DNA from: an uncultured Candidatus Saccharibacteria bacterium | GTDB lineage: Bacteria > Patescibacteriota > Saccharimonadia > CAILAD01 > JADZBC01 | Direction of reading: 5' to 3' | Assembly (NCBI GenBank): GCA_964413715.1 | Contig: CAYPSN010000002.1 | Span: 850 to 64,849, forward strand | DNA length: 64,000 bases | Part shown: positions 29,036 to 39,133 of the stretch, in pieces | Position numbering within the stretch: position 1 is the stretch's first letter | Layout: each line of letters opens with the position of its first letter | Notes under the pieces: model-generated | What the model saw: the letters and a program-made list of their open reading frames with translations, nothing else | What the model was told of the DNA's origin: nothing | Database searches by the model: none | Position numbers and translations under genes: made by a program

Positions 29036-29640
29036 GAGCTTTTTCCTCCCTTTGTCTTAAACAAACTTGGGTCGACCTTAAATGTCATGCTAAAGGTAAC
29101 TTTCGAAGAGCTGTTGTCTTTGCTAACGGAGGTGATTTTAACACCGCTAAAGAGTTGTTTGCGATCTAAGTTTTCCTGCGGCTTGAAGTTTACGTTGTAC
29201 TCTTCCAGTGCCTTCGAGAACACACTAACCTCTTTGATGCTCGAGGTGCTGCCACTAATGGTGGCGGTATAGTCATCGGCGAGCGCAAAGCTTGATACTG
29301 TTACGTCAGACGGAATGGTGTTACCAAAATTGCTGAAGATTTCACTCGCGTATAGCCGACTGCTATGGAGAGAATAAAACGTTGCGAGGTGTTCTTGAAT
29401 TGTGGCGGCCTGCTGCTCCATGTCCTTTGATTTGGTAACGTCTTCGTTAAGGCCATTAATAGTACCCTTGTTGGCCTGCGCCACGGTAGCGTTGTAGGCC
29501 ATAAGGAGCAAAAGCGTACCGATAATCGTTGCAATCACCACGCACACAGCTATCATGATGGTCATGGCCAGCTTCTTACGCTTTTCATCACGCAACTTGG
29601 CAACACGTGCTTCTGGCAAGAGATTAATCAAAACCGACAT
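29032..29640 (-). CDS. pilN: PilN-like protein
   Basis: INLLP motif followed by a TM segment. Confidence 0.85.
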   Translation of the reverse strand: MSVLINLLPEARVAKLRDEKRKKLAMTIMIAVCVVIATIIGTLLLLMAYNATVAQANKGTINGLNEDVTKSKDMEQQAATIQEHLATFYSLHSSRLYASEIFSNFGNTIPSDVTVSSFALADDYTATISGSTSSIKEVSVFSKALEEYNVNFKPQENLDRKQLFSGVKITSVSKDNSSSKVTFSMTFKVDPSLFKTKGGKSS

Positions 29641-29641
29641 G

Positions 29642-30685
29642 CTATACCATCCCCCGCATAGCTAAGCCCAAAGCACTACTGTACGACAACGACAGCGGCA
29701 AAAGCTTGGCTTCTAGATTGGCTGGGTAACTAACGTTATTCCACGGATTGCCTATTTCAACCGTCACGCCAATGGCATTTGCCAAGTAGGCTGGCAAACC
29801 TGGGAGCGCCGCGGTTCCGCCAGTAATGATGAGTTTGGAGACTTTAACGTCTGGATTTGATTCATGAAAGTAGTTAAGTGACTTGGTAATTTCACCGATT
29901 ATGGAATCCACCGCTGGCTTCAAAGCAGCAAACACTTGCCCTTCAAGCTTGGTATGCACCAAACCAAATTTTTGCATAAACTGCTCGGCTTGTTGTTCAT
30001 CCAGGCTAAGGTTCTGGGCAAGAACGCGCACCATCGTGCGAGAGCCAACGTTGACAGAACGTATAAGCCGCGTTGCCTGGCCAGTAACAATCGCCATGTC
30101 TGTAGCAACTGAGCCAAAATCCAAGATCATCAGTGGCTCGTGATCTATTGGCAAGAGTGAGCGGGTTTGTGCAATTGGGTTGATTTCGAGGGCGAGCAGT
30201 TCTAAGCCAGCTTTTTGCATGATGTTGAGGTATTTGTTGGCAAGCGAAATTGGTGCAGCAACCAACAGAACCTCTACCTCGCTATCCTCGCTACCCTGTT
30301 TGGGGCCTAGCACAGCCCAATCCAACTTAACCTGATCAATCGGCATAGGTATGTATTTGTCAGCCTGAAACCGTACGGCATTCGCCAGCTCATCATGTGG
30401 TAGCTTCGGCATCGGCACTACAGCGGCGTAGGCAAAATTAGAAGGCAGCGCTGCCACTACGTTCTTTGTAGAAACGCGTGCATCCTCTACCAACTGCTTG
30501 ACCATCTGCGCCAGCTTATCTTGATCAATTGGCGAATCACTGGCCAACAGGTTAGGTGGCAATTCCATATCACCATAGGTAAGCAGGCTTGGCTTGCCGT
30601 GCATCTGTTTTAGTTGGACGAGCTTGATGCTGCTGGCACCAAGGTCAAGTCCAAAAAAGTTTTCTTCTTCGGTAAATAGACTCAT
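29642..30685 (-). CDS. pilM: Type IV pilus assembly protein PilM
   Basis: GLDLGASSIKLV, LDFG, ITGGTA, ALGLAMR actin-like fold. Confidence 0.93.
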   Translation of the reverse strand: MSLFTEEENFFGLDLGASSIKLVQLKQMHGKPSLLTYGDMELPPNLLASDSPIDQDKLAQMVKQLVEDARVSTKNVVAALPSNFAYAAVVPMPKLPHDELANAVRFQADKYIPMPIDQVKLDWAVLGPKQGSEDSEVEVLLVAAPISLANKYLNIMQKAGLELLALEINPIAQTRSLLPIDHEPLMILDFGSVATDMAIVTGQATRLIRSVNVGSRTMVRVLAQNLSLDEQQAEQFMQKFGLVHTKLEGQVFAALKPAVDSIIGEITKSLNYFHESNPDVKVSKLIITGGTAALPGLPAYLANAIGVTVEIGNPWNNVSYPANLEAKLLPLSLSYSSALGLAMRGMV

Positions 30686-30746
30686 ATACCTTATATTAGC
30701 ATAAGTACTATGAACTCAATAGCTTCTTTTTAGATATTCCTACAAC

Positions 30747-33700
30747 TCAGAAGCGTGGATTACCGTTAGTGGTAAGATACTTAACTCCTCGTACGTTTTG
30801 GCTGTAAATATCTACGAAGCCGGGTGGCGGGAATGCCTCTACAAGGCCTGAGCCGATAATGAGCTCTGCTGGAGTATTTGCTCCGTATACATTTCTACCA
30901 AACTCAAATCCCTTGCCTGCCGCAAGCATACCACGTACTTTCAGTTGTTTATTACATGCTTCGCTTGGGTAGGTTGGACCGGCTGGGGTACTCTTTAAAC
31001 CAGAGCAGGTCCGAATTTTGCCACTTGCATATATGGACATATCCAACTGGGTGACATTTGGCTCGATATAGATATCTCCTTTAACAATCAAGCCGACATT
31101 AGGGATCTTATTGATTGCTTGGTAAGAACCATACTGGACAATGTTATTATTTCCTATTCTCAAATCGCCCTCTACATAAAGTGTTGCTCTGTCCTGATTG
31201 AAGAAATGAGGGGCATCAAAGTTATTCGAGTTGGCTTTCCCTATAATCGGGCAGTCCGCTGTTGCGCCAAAACCTCCGTTTGCGCTTGATTGCGTGCCCT
31301 GAAATACGGTCTTTAAATCGAGTGAAACCTTATAAGGCTTCGACGCAGAGCAAGGGCCATCATATGCTCCGCCCGCAAATATCTTCTCAACTCCAGTTAT
31401 CACCGGGTCATTCGTGAAATCAGCAGTGCTATTAAACCTATAGCCATTACTATAAGAACAAGTTGGACTATCTGGCCCCGATAAACCCAAGTTGTACTTC
31501 GGAATACTACAGAAGTTTGTTGAAACATAAGAATTATCTTGAGTTAAGTACGCCATGACTACATAGTCGGCCGAATTAATGCCCGCTCCAGCTAGGGTAC
31601 TGCGTTGGCCAAGTATTCTGCCCAGCGCCAGAACATTACCTTTGCGAGTTTGCAGCCAAGGTCCATATTTTACTTCACTCGGAGGAGGATCAAAGTAAAA
31701 TACGACGGTGGGTGTCTGACCCTCACAGACCCTTACATTAACCGCTCCAACAGAAGAGAAAGTTTCCACACCCTTGGCGTGTGAACCACACTGATCTGGA
31801 TAGGTCACCTCAATCTTCTTAAGCGACCAATCCGTAACGCCGCCATTAACCCCAGCGCTATATACACCAACATCAAGCTTATCTTTCAGCTCTTGTCCGC
31901 CCCACAGCTTCGAAGCATTAGGCACCCCATTAACTATATCCGCCGAGCAGCGCACTGAATAATCAACTGAGGGAGTAAAATCCTTCTGGCCCTTAAGGCA
32001 ATAGAATCGCTTTTTCTCTTCTAGGGTTACATCTGGTGGTACTTTCCAGTCAACTGAATAGCCTGCTCCGTCTTTTATTTTAGATAATGACCAGATTTGA
32101 CCTTTAGGGCCTTCTAGCGGTGGCTTTTTCGTAAAGTACACCCGAATCGTAAAGCCCTTAGCGCCGTTTGCTATGCCAGTGTAGTATTGCTGTGGGATCT
32201 GATACTGGCCACTTGTCGATGAAGCTGTGTATCCTGCATAGCTGCTTGAAGCGTACTCAACTTTCAAGTAGAAAAGGCTTTTGTTGGCATAATCCGCACT
32301 GCTAAGTTCTTCGTAACCACTCGGCGCGCCAAAATTAAACCGCCAAGACGTGTAGCACGTTAAGCCAAAGTTCCAAGGATTCGGGTGGAATGGTGCGTCA
32401 TAAGTAATCTGTCCGCTATTAATGCCGCCATATGAAACATTAACCCCGTAAGCATTCGTGCCTGCGGCTGGCTCGTCCTTACATGGAGTCTTGATATCTC
32501 CGGTACTAGTGATCTTTATTTGCCCACTATTGCTCTGGATAATGCTTTTAGTGGCTGCATCACGATACTCCACGCTAAACGGCAATTTATGGGAATCTCC
32601 ATAGCAGGTAATGCTGTTCGGCGTAGCAGCATGGGCGGCAGGCACAAATAACCTTAAAGCGCGACTTAGCACGCCAGAAACAAATGACAATCCCTGACCT
32701 GTTTCCTGGGGCTTCTTCTCTACTTTGTCAGGTTCTGGTAGCTTGGCATATGAACGATCCACTTTAGCAGCCTCTAGAGCTTTTGCCAGGAGCTCATCAT
32801 ATGTGCCATAGCTGCCATTAAACTTCTTCGTAGCCCTATAGATTACATAGTAGCCAGTCTTGGACTTGAAGATTTTCGTATATTCGCCCTGCTCCAGGTT
32901 ATTTACGTACTGGGTCTCGTCCTCGCCCTCGCTATATTGCTGAAATGTTTTATAAATCTCACTGTTAAAACGAGCTAACTTCAAAACGCGAGAAGGTGGA
33001 TTGCCTAAATCAATTGTTTTTGCATCAAAGTCTTCTGTAGTAGTGTTGCCATTAATGTCTGCCTGCTGCTCAATCGTTGCGTCATCGGCCTTCTGCTCGA
33101 AGAGTGGTAAAAACTGCTTGGTTAATTTCGCAACTGCTTTGTTTTCAACGCTGTCCTGCAACGCCTTGTCTTGGCCTAGTGCGACGTCCCATCGCACATA
33201 TACACCGAAGAGCTCATGGCCAGCTATAAGGTCGTCCTGCAAAAGCTCCTTATAATACTCGAGGCACTGCTGATGAGCACTGACTTGCTCAGTCCAGCCA
33301 TACTGGCTCTTGAGCTTTGAATAGTAGGCACTCCTGCCTCCCTCAGAGCTATAGTTATCCTTCAATAACTCATCGACTTTAGTTTGATCGCAATATTGCT
33401 TGCCGAGTTTTTTAGCCTCATCTTGCAATGCTAGTCGTAAAATAACTTCATCGGCAGCACGGCGCTCGGTTTTTGCAGCATCAACATTTTTACCAGCAGC
33501 ACTTGCCTGATCAAACTTAATGTAGGCAGATTTGATTTCGTCAAAATTTTTTTGACTTTCAGATTGCGTACCAACGATTGCGTATGTGCCTTTGGGTGGA
33601 TAGTTGCGGTTGTTCCACGTTTGCCACCCTATGTATGCACCGGCGACAACAAGAAGCGCCATAACACCCAATAAGACCTTGGGCCAACGGTGTTTTTTGG

Positions 33701-33788
33701 GCATAACGTGGCTTGTAGCTGCAGGAGAAGCATCGGCCTGCGCAACAGCCTCACTCAAAGTCTTTTTGGGCGGAGTAATATCGTTCAT
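30747..33788 (-). CDS. 1013-aa membrane-anchored protein: SurA/PPIase-like N-half and Cys-rich adhesin-like C-half
   Basis: N-terminal TM; YGWTEQ and FKSKTGYYVIYR echo PrsA; C-terminal GLIVKGDIYIEPNVTQLD...CNKQLKVRG; upstream of pilM. Confidence 0.65.
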   Translation of the reverse strand: MNDITPPKKTLSEAVAQADASPAATSHVMPKKHRWPKVLLGVMALLVVAGAYIGWQTWNNRNYPPKGTYAIVGTQSESQKNFDEIKSAYIKFDQASAAGKNVDAAKTERRAADEVILRLALQDEAKKLGKQYCDQTKVDELLKDNYSSEGGRSAYYSKLKSQYGWTEQVSAHQQCLEYYKELLQDDLIAGHELFGVYVRWDVALGQDKALQDSVENKAVAKLTKQFLPLFEQKADDATIEQQADINGNTTTEDFDAKTIDLGNPPSRVLKLARFNSEIYKTFQQYSEGEDETQYVNNLEQGEYTKIFKSKTGYYVIYRATKKFNGSYGTYDELLAKALEAAKVDRSYAKLPEPDKVEKKPQETGQGLSFVSGVLSRALRLFVPAAHAATPNSITCYGDSHKLPFSVEYRDAATKSIIQSNSGQIKITSTGDIKTPCKDEPAAGTNAYGVNVSYGGINSGQITYDAPFHPNPWNFGLTCYTSWRFNFGAPSGYEELSSADYANKSLFYLKVEYASSSYAGYTASSTSGQYQIPQQYYTGIANGAKGFTIRVYFTKKPPLEGPKGQIWSLSKIKDGAGYSVDWKVPPDVTLEEKKRFYCLKGQKDFTPSVDYSVRCSADIVNGVPNASKLWGGQELKDKLDVGVYSAGVNGGVTDWSLKKIEVTYPDQCGSHAKGVETFSSVGAVNVRVCEGQTPTVVFYFDPPPSEVKYGPWLQTRKGNVLALGRILGQRSTLAGAGINSADYVVMAYLTQDNSYVSTNFCSIPKYNLGLSGPDSPTCSYSNGYRFNSTADFTNDPVITGVEKIFAGGAYDGPCSASKPYKVSLDLKTVFQGTQSSANGGFGATADCPIIGKANSNNFDAPHFFNQDRATLYVEGDLRIGNNNIVQYGSYQAINKIPNVGLIVKGDIYIEPNVTQLDMSIYASGKIRTCSGLKSTPAGPTYPSEACNKQLKVRGMLAAGKGFEFGRNVYGANTPAELIIGSGLVEAFPPPGFVDIYSQNVRGVKYLTTNGNPRF

Positions 33789-33865
33789 CTATAGATAAAA
33801 AGCTTATGGTACTACTATAGTCCAGCCTACCCGCAATCTCAAGCCTAACCTGGTATAATATTCCT

Positions 33866-34942
33866 ATGAGTCTTTCGCTTGGCATAGTCGGACTGCCCAA
33901 CGTCGGCAAGTCCACACTGTTTAATGCCTTAACCAAAAACAATATTTTAGCTGCTAACTACCCATTCGCCACCATCGAGCCAAATGTGGGTGTGGTTGCC
34001 GTACCTGACGATAGACTTGGCAAGCTGGCCGAAATGTCTGGTTCGGTACAAACAATTCCCGCCAGCGTAACGTTTGTGGACATTGCGGGTATTGTGCGTG
34101 GCGCATCGGAAGGTGCGGGCCTAGGCAATAAATTCCTTGCCAACATTCGCGAAACGAACGCCATTGTACAAGTAGTGCGAGCCTTCAGCGACGATAATGT
34201 GATCCATGTGGAAGGCAAAGTCGACCCCAAAGACGATATCGATGCCATTCGCACCGAGCTGTGCTTAGCCGACATCTCGACCATCGAAAAACGCATTGAT
34301 GCAACGCGACGAGAAGCCAAGACTAACGCTAAAGCAAACATGATCGTGGCGGAACTAGAAGGTATTAAAACTAAACTCGACAGCGGTGAGCTCATTAGCC
34401 ACACTTACAGCGAACTGCCAGAATCAATTGCTGATTTGCAGCTGCTGACTGCCAAGCCATTTATTTACGTCTTTAACATGGATGAGGCTGGCTTAAGCGA
34501 CAAAGCGCAACAAGACGAACTCACCAAACTAGCTGGCTCTTCCCCAACTGTTTTCTTGTGTGCCAAAATCGAAGCCGAGCTTCAGGATTTACCATCCGAA
34601 GAAGCAAAAGAGCTACTACAAAGCCTTGGCCAACAGCAAAGTGGTCTCGACAGCTTGGTGCAGATTGGCTACAAAATTCTTGGTCTACAAACGTACTTTA
34701 CCAGCGGACCTAAAGAATCACGCGCCTGGACTATCCACGCCGGCGACACTGCCCCAGAGGCAGCAGGTGTAATTCATACGGATTTTGAAAAAGGCTTCAT
34801 AAAAGCCGAGGTAACCGGCTTCGAAGATATAGTTACAGCTGGCGGTTTCGCCGAAGCCAAGGCTGCCGGCAAGACTCGCCTAGAAGGCAAAGACTACATC
34901 ATGCACGACGGCGATGTTGTGGTGTTTCGATTTAGCAACTAA
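33866..34942 (+). CDS. ychF: Redox-regulated ATPase YchF
   Basis: GIVGLPNVGKSTLFNA, NYPFATIEPN, DIAG, C-terminal TGS domain. Confidence 0.96.
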   Translation: MSLSLGIVGLPNVGKSTLFNALTKNNILAANYPFATIEPNVGVVAVPDDRLGKLAEMSGSVQTIPASVTFVDIAGIVRGASEGAGLGNKFLANIRETNAIVQVVRAFSDDNVIHVEGKVDPKDDIDAIRTELCLADISTIEKRIDATRREAKTNAKANMIVAELEGIKTKLDSGELISHTYSELPESIADLQLLTAKPFIYVFNMDEAGLSDKAQQDELTKLAGSSPTVFLCAKIEAELQDLPSEEAKELLQSLGQQQSGLDSLVQIGYKILGLQTYFTSGPKESRAWTIHAGDTAPEAAGVIHTDFEKGFIKAEVTGFEDIVTAGGFAEAKAAGKTRLEGKDYIMHDGDVVVFRFSN

Positions 34943-35370
34943 TGCATAGATTACATCGAATCGCAAAATTGCTTCACGGCTCCATGCATGACCTAAGCTT
35001 AAAGACACCTATGCTAAATGGGTTCCCAAAAGGAAAATGTGACTATGCTTCCACCATCAGCCTAGTTGTCTTGTATTGTAACGACTTCAAGGGGGTGTCC
35101 TATATCAATCAAATCGACGAGGACTATATGGATAACCACGTCTGGCTGGAATATATGGAGTACTGCATAGATCTAACTATTGATCAATTTACCAATGAAA
35201 TTCCGCTTGTTTCTGATGGGGTATGGCAAAGAACGAACTTCCCGCACAGCTCAAGCAATTCAATTACTGACAGTGAGTGTGCATACGTAAAATGCCTTGA
35301 GCTATTAGAGCAATGGGGGCTAGTTTACGCGCTAGAACACATCCAAGCTAGGATTGATGCATCAAACTGA
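34942..35370 (+). CDS. Hypothetical protein with a Cys-His-Asp papain/transglutaminase-like motif
   Basis: FPKGKCDYAS...NHVWLE...IDLTIDQF; TAATG overlap with ychF. Confidence 0.65.
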   Translation: MHRLHRIAKLLHGSMHDLSLKTPMLNGFPKGKCDYASTISLVVLYCNDFKGVSYINQIDEDYMDNHVWLEYMEYCIDLTIDQFTNEIPLVSDGVWQRTNFPHSSSNSITDSECAYVKCLELLEQWGLVYALEHIQARIDASN

Positions 35371-35399
35371 TATTAGACTGGCCAACGAATGCATAGCAG

Positions 35400-35606
35400 C
35401 TATTTTTTGTTAATTTTTAGGGCTAAGTAGACAAGTAAAATGACAGTTATGGTTAAGAATGAGAAAAGGGCAATACCTGTAGCGGGAAGCCTCATCGGCT
35501 CAGGCTGCAGAGCAACAGAGCCGCCACTACCCGGCTCTCGCCTATTCTCCAGGCGATAGTCTGTATCAATGCCCTTGGACTTTAAATATCTATCTACCCC
35601 ATTCAT
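35400..35606 (-). CDS. Small hypothetical protein with C-terminal TM
   Basis: 68 aa with a hydrophobic C-terminus. Confidence 0.55.
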   Translation of the reverse strand: MNGVDRYLKSKGIDTDYRLENRREPGSGGSVALQPEPMRLPATGIALFSFLTITVILLVYLALKINKK

Positions 35607-35642
35607 ACTTATAAGGCAACTCCGATTAAGCTCAATTATAGA

Positions 35643-36203
35643 CTATTTCGCGCGTTCTAAGTATTGGCCAGTGCGAGTATCAACTTTAACGCCGTCGCCG
35701 ACCTTAATGAACATTGGTACTTGAACTTCAATGCCTGTCTCGAGCGTAGCAGGTTTAGTCCCCCCACTAGATGTATTTCCTTTGTCAGCACCAGGGGTTT
35801 CGGTAACCTTAATAACAGTATTTTTTGGCAAATCGAAGCCGATAACTTGTCCCTTATAGATCAAGCCAGTAACTTCTGACCCCTCTGGAAAGTACTTAAC
35901 AATCGCTTCATCAATGTCGGCAGGAACTTCGTATTGATCAAAACTTACCATATCCATAAACGCCAAGTCATTGCCATTTGCATACAGGTATTGGAGCTGC
36001 GCGCGTTCGATACTGGCCGGAGCGACCTTTTCATCGTTTTTGAACGTTTTCTCCAACACGCTGCCATTAAGAAGATTCTTGATTTTCACCTTAACAGTAG
36101 CGCCGCCACGACCCATTTGAGTATGCGAATACTCTGTTACCCGATAAGGTACGCCGTCGAGATCGATCAATGTGTCTTTGCGTAAGTCGGTAATGCCGTA
36201 CAT
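35643..36203 (-). CDS. efp: Elongation factor P
   Basis: MGRGGA loop, KPATLETG, VPMFIKVGD, DTRTGQYLER. Confidence 0.95.
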   Translation of the reverse strand: MYGITDLRKDTLIDLDGVPYRVTEYSHTQMGRGGATVKVKIKNLLNGSVLEKTFKNDEKVAPASIERAQLQYLYANGNDLAFMDMVSFDQYEVPADIDEAIVKYFPEGSEVTGLIYKGQVIGFDLPKNTVIKVTETPGADKGNTSSGGTKPATLETGIEVQVPMFIKVGDGVKVDTRTGQYLERAK

Positions 36204-36209
36204 AAATTG

Positions 36210-36647
36210 CTAACTCCTTATTACTTTCTGCATCATTATATGAGGCATATTAGCCTCTTCAAAAACATCGCCGACAGTCTCGTAGCCAAGCTTCTTGTAA
36301 AATTCGGCAGCTGCTAACTTAGAGTGCATTACAAGCTTCTTTACTCCTTTTTGCTTTGCCGTCTCTTCGAGGATCGTCATGACTTGCATTCCAACCTGCT
36401 TGCCACGATATCCCGGCAAGACAGCAACTCGCTCGACCTTTGCAATACCGTCATCAATTAAACGATAACGAGCGGTACCAATAGCGTTTTCGCCATCATA
36501 AGCCACAAACTGTTCGGCCGCTTCATCTCTGCCATCAAAGTCGTGCGACTTCGGAACACCGTCCTCGTCATTAAATACTTGCTTACGAACAGCAAACAGA
36601 GGCGACAAATCAGCACCCCGACCTAGATGTTCTACCTTTATATTCAT
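36210..36647 (-). CDS. GNAT acetyltransferase (YjcF/ElaA-like)
   Basis: VRKQVF, RVAVLPGYRGKQVG, FYKKLGY, FEEANMPH. Confidence 0.88.
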   Translation of the reverse strand: MNIKVEHLGRGADLSPLFAVRKQVFNDEDGVPKSHDFDGRDEAAEQFVAYDGENAIGTARYRLIDDGIAKVERVAVLPGYRGKQVGMQVMTILEETAKQKGVKKLVMHSKLAAAEFYKKLGYETVGDVFEEANMPHIMMQKVIRS

Positions 36648-36650
36648 AGA

Positions 36651-36863
36651 CTATCTAACAACGTACGGAAGCAGACCAATGTGTCGAGCCCGCTTAAGCG
36701 CAACTGCCAACAAGCGTTGGTGCTTCATAGAAGCTCCGGTGCGTTTGCGTGATTCAATTTTGCCAGTTGGACCCAAGTAACGCTGCAACAGCTTTACGTC
36801 TTTGTAGTCGATGACGCTAATTTTTTCTGAATAAAATCGGTTTTGCTTTCGGTATTCTGCCAT
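36651..36863 (-). CDS. rpsR: 30S ribosomal protein S18
   Basis: [23 protein letters not shown]. Confidence 0.95.
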   Translation of the reverse strand: MAEYRKQNRFYSEKISVIDYKDVKLLQRYLGPTGKIESRKRTGASMKHQRLLAVALKRARHIGLLPYVVR

Positions 36864-36873
36864 TATCTTCTCC

Positions 36874-37335
36874 TTAGAATGGTATGTCGTCTAGATTAAT
36901 TTCACCCTCACCCATGTCCTCGATCACAACGTCGTCGCTCTTTTTGCTTGGCTTTTTAGCTTCTGCTGGTGCAGAACTAGCTGCTGAGTAATCAGTGCCA
37001 TCGCCAGCTCGGTCGAGGAAGTTAATGTCGGTTGCCACGATTTCAGTTTTCTGTCGTTTTACACCGTCAGTCTCCCAAGATCGTGTTTGTAGACGACCAG
37101 TCACAAGCACCTTGCGGCCTTTCGACAGGTAGTTGCTAGCAAGCTCGCCCAACTTACCCCAAGCTACAATATCGTGATACTCCACGGCTTCTTTCTTTTC
37201 ACCCGATGGATCGGTCCAGTTACGGTTCGTTGCAACTGCAAACGAAGCCACCGACTGACCACTTGGTGTGGAGCGAAGTTCTGGGTCTCGCGTTAAGTTG
37301 CCCATTATGATTGCCTGGTTAAAGCCCTGTGCCAT
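36874..37335 (-). CDS. ssb: Single-stranded DNA-binding protein
   Basis: [23 protein letters not shown] tail. Confidence 0.96.
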   Translation of the reverse strand: MAQGFNQAIIMGNLTRDPELRSTPSGQSVASFAVATNRNWTDPSGEKKEAVEYHDIVAWGKLGELASNYLSKGRKVLVTGRLQTRSWETDGVKRQKTEIVATDINFLDRAGDGTDYSAASSAPAEAKKPSKKSDDVVIEDMGEGEINLDDIPF

Positions 37336-37336
37336 A

Positions 37337-37714
37337 TTATTTGCCCTCCTGTGGCTGTTCTTTAGTAGCTTCCTTGTCTTCTTTTACTTCGGTTTCGGTG
37401 TTTTGCTGTGTGGTTTTGCTCACCAATCGAGTGTTTTCCATCGAAACAATTAAATAACGCATAACTTCTTCGGTAATGCGAAGCTTTGCCTCAATCTGAG
37501 CTACGTTGGCAGGCTCCAATTGAACCTGGTAAAACACGTAAATGCCCCAGTCTTGTTTTTTAATCTTGTAAGCCAGCTTACGCTTGCCCCAGTTGTCTTT
37601 TTTGGTAATCTTGCCCTTGGCGGCTTCGATGATTTTTTCTACTTTGCTTGTTGCACTCTCGATGTCGATTTCTAAATCGGGGTGCAATACTACTGCAATC
37701 TCGTAGTTACGCAT
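37337..37714 (-). CDS. rpsF: 30S ribosomal protein S6
   Basis: MRNYE, WGKRKLAYKI; rpsF-ssb-rpsR order. Confidence 0.95.
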   Translation of the reverse strand: MRNYEIAVVLHPDLEIDIESATSKVEKIIEAAKGKITKKDNWGKRKLAYKIKKQDWGIYVFYQVQLEPANVAQIEAKLRITEEVMRYLIVSMENTRLVSKTTQQNTETEVKEDKEATKEQPQEGK

Positions 37715-37876
37715 ATGTTGTTTTGTTCCTTTCTTTGGCTTGACCAACATAAATTTGGTCTTTGCTGTAGTCGGGCTATATAGATGCTCTGCTACAACAA
37801 AAAGGTTAGTTAATACCGTGTTATTCTACCTTATAAAGGTCTTTTGGTCAACCTATCAACGGGTTATAATACAGTC

Positions 37877-38401
37877 ATGCTTATGCTCTATGACCAACTC
37901 ATCGGCCGAACAATTGCAAGCGTGCAGTCTGGCTTGCCATGCGGCCGCATTGCCAGCTTCATTGTAGACCCCGCCAAGCTTGCGATTGAGCTCATCACGA
38001 TACATGACCTGCACGGCGCTCAGTACTTGTTGCCAGGTGACGTACGCTATATTGGCACAGAACGAGTTATTATTGATGCCGAAGAAAAACTTTCTGAAGC
38101 CGACGAGCTGTTGCGTCACCAAGAGATTATTCACCAGAACTATAGTCCAATCAGCTCCAAGGTGGTGACTGAAAGTAAAAAGAAGCTCGGTCGAGTCACC
38201 AACTATGCAATTGACGAAAACAATTGGCGAATTGCAAAGCTCTATGTTACCTCCGGACTCTTTGGCAATCCCTTACAGCAGGAACAGATAATTGACACAG
38301 GAGATGTTGTTAACGTAGAGGCCAACAAGATTATTGTGCGGGACTTACGTAATACTCAAAAGAAACCGCTTACGATACCCTTGCCCAAAAATGTAGCATA
38401 A
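37877..38401 (+). CDS. Tandem PRC-barrel domain protein
   Basis: VVTESKKKLGRVTNYAID; ATG 37877 follows TATAAT. Confidence 0.75.
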   Translation: MLMLYDQLIGRTIASVQSGLPCGRIASFIVDPAKLAIELITIHDLHGAQYLLPGDVRYIGTERVIIDAEEKLSEADELLRHQEIIHQNYSPISSKVVTESKKKLGRVTNYAIDENNWRIAKLYVTSGLFGNPLQQEQIIDTGDVVNVEANKIIVRDLRNTQKKPLTIPLPKNVA

Positions 38402-38462
38402 CCTATACTATGTCCAATGAGATGAGGAGGGTGATTTGGTAGTAGTATTTATGTGGCTCTTG

Positions 38463-39107
38463 CTAATCGGTACTGTCATTCGATTCGTTGTTCTCAGCCG
38501 CTAATACACTCATCGCCTCCCGTACGTCCGAATATCTAAAGCCTTGGCCCACCAAATATGTGACTAACTTTTGCTGGTCATTGGCATAACGAGCCAGTCG
38601 CATTTTCTTTATCAGTACCTTGGTTAAGTTTGCTTGCTCATCAGCTGATTCGATTTCGCCAAGCGCAGTATCGAGTACATCACGGCCTATGCCCTTTTTC
38701 ATAAGCTCCATACGCAAAACGCGAGAGGAACTGTGTTTGGTGGCTGACCGACTGCGAATCCACGACCGTGCGAACTCAAGGTCATCCACATACTTTTCGA
38801 CAGCAAGTCGACCGATGGTTGCACTAGCAACATCCTCATCGTAACCTTTGCGTGCTAAATACTGTCGTAATTCATACTCACTGCGCGGGCGATAGCTAAG
38901 ATACCTCAGTGACACATTGTAGGCCTTGGAGCCTAGAGCGGACTGAATGAGATTGGCTTGTTCGTCACTGCTAATTTCCTGGCCGATCTTGAGGCCTCGG
39001 TTTGACATCTCTAATACCCCTAAGCCGCATAGAAATTTACCATCGACTTCAATATTATAGATATCTTGATTTCGCTTTTGAGCCGTTATGTTTGTAATCT
39101 GTGGCAT
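38463..39107 (-). CDS. recX: Regulatory protein RecX
   Basis: YLSYRPRSEYELRQYL, YVDDLEFA, ELMKKGI; downstream of recA. Confidence 0.92.
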   Translation of the reverse strand: MPQITNITAQKRNQDIYNIEVDGKFLCGLGVLEMSNRGLKIGQEISSDEQANLIQSALGSKAYNVSLRYLSYRPRSEYELRQYLARKGYDEDVASATIGRLAVEKYVDDLEFARSWIRSRSATKHSSSRVLRMELMKKGIGRDVLDTALGEIESADEQANLTKVLIKKMRLARYANDQQKLVTYLVGQGFRYSDVREAMSVLAAENNESNDSTD

Positions 39108-39133
39108 ATGAACCTAGCCAAGAGCTTACTCAG

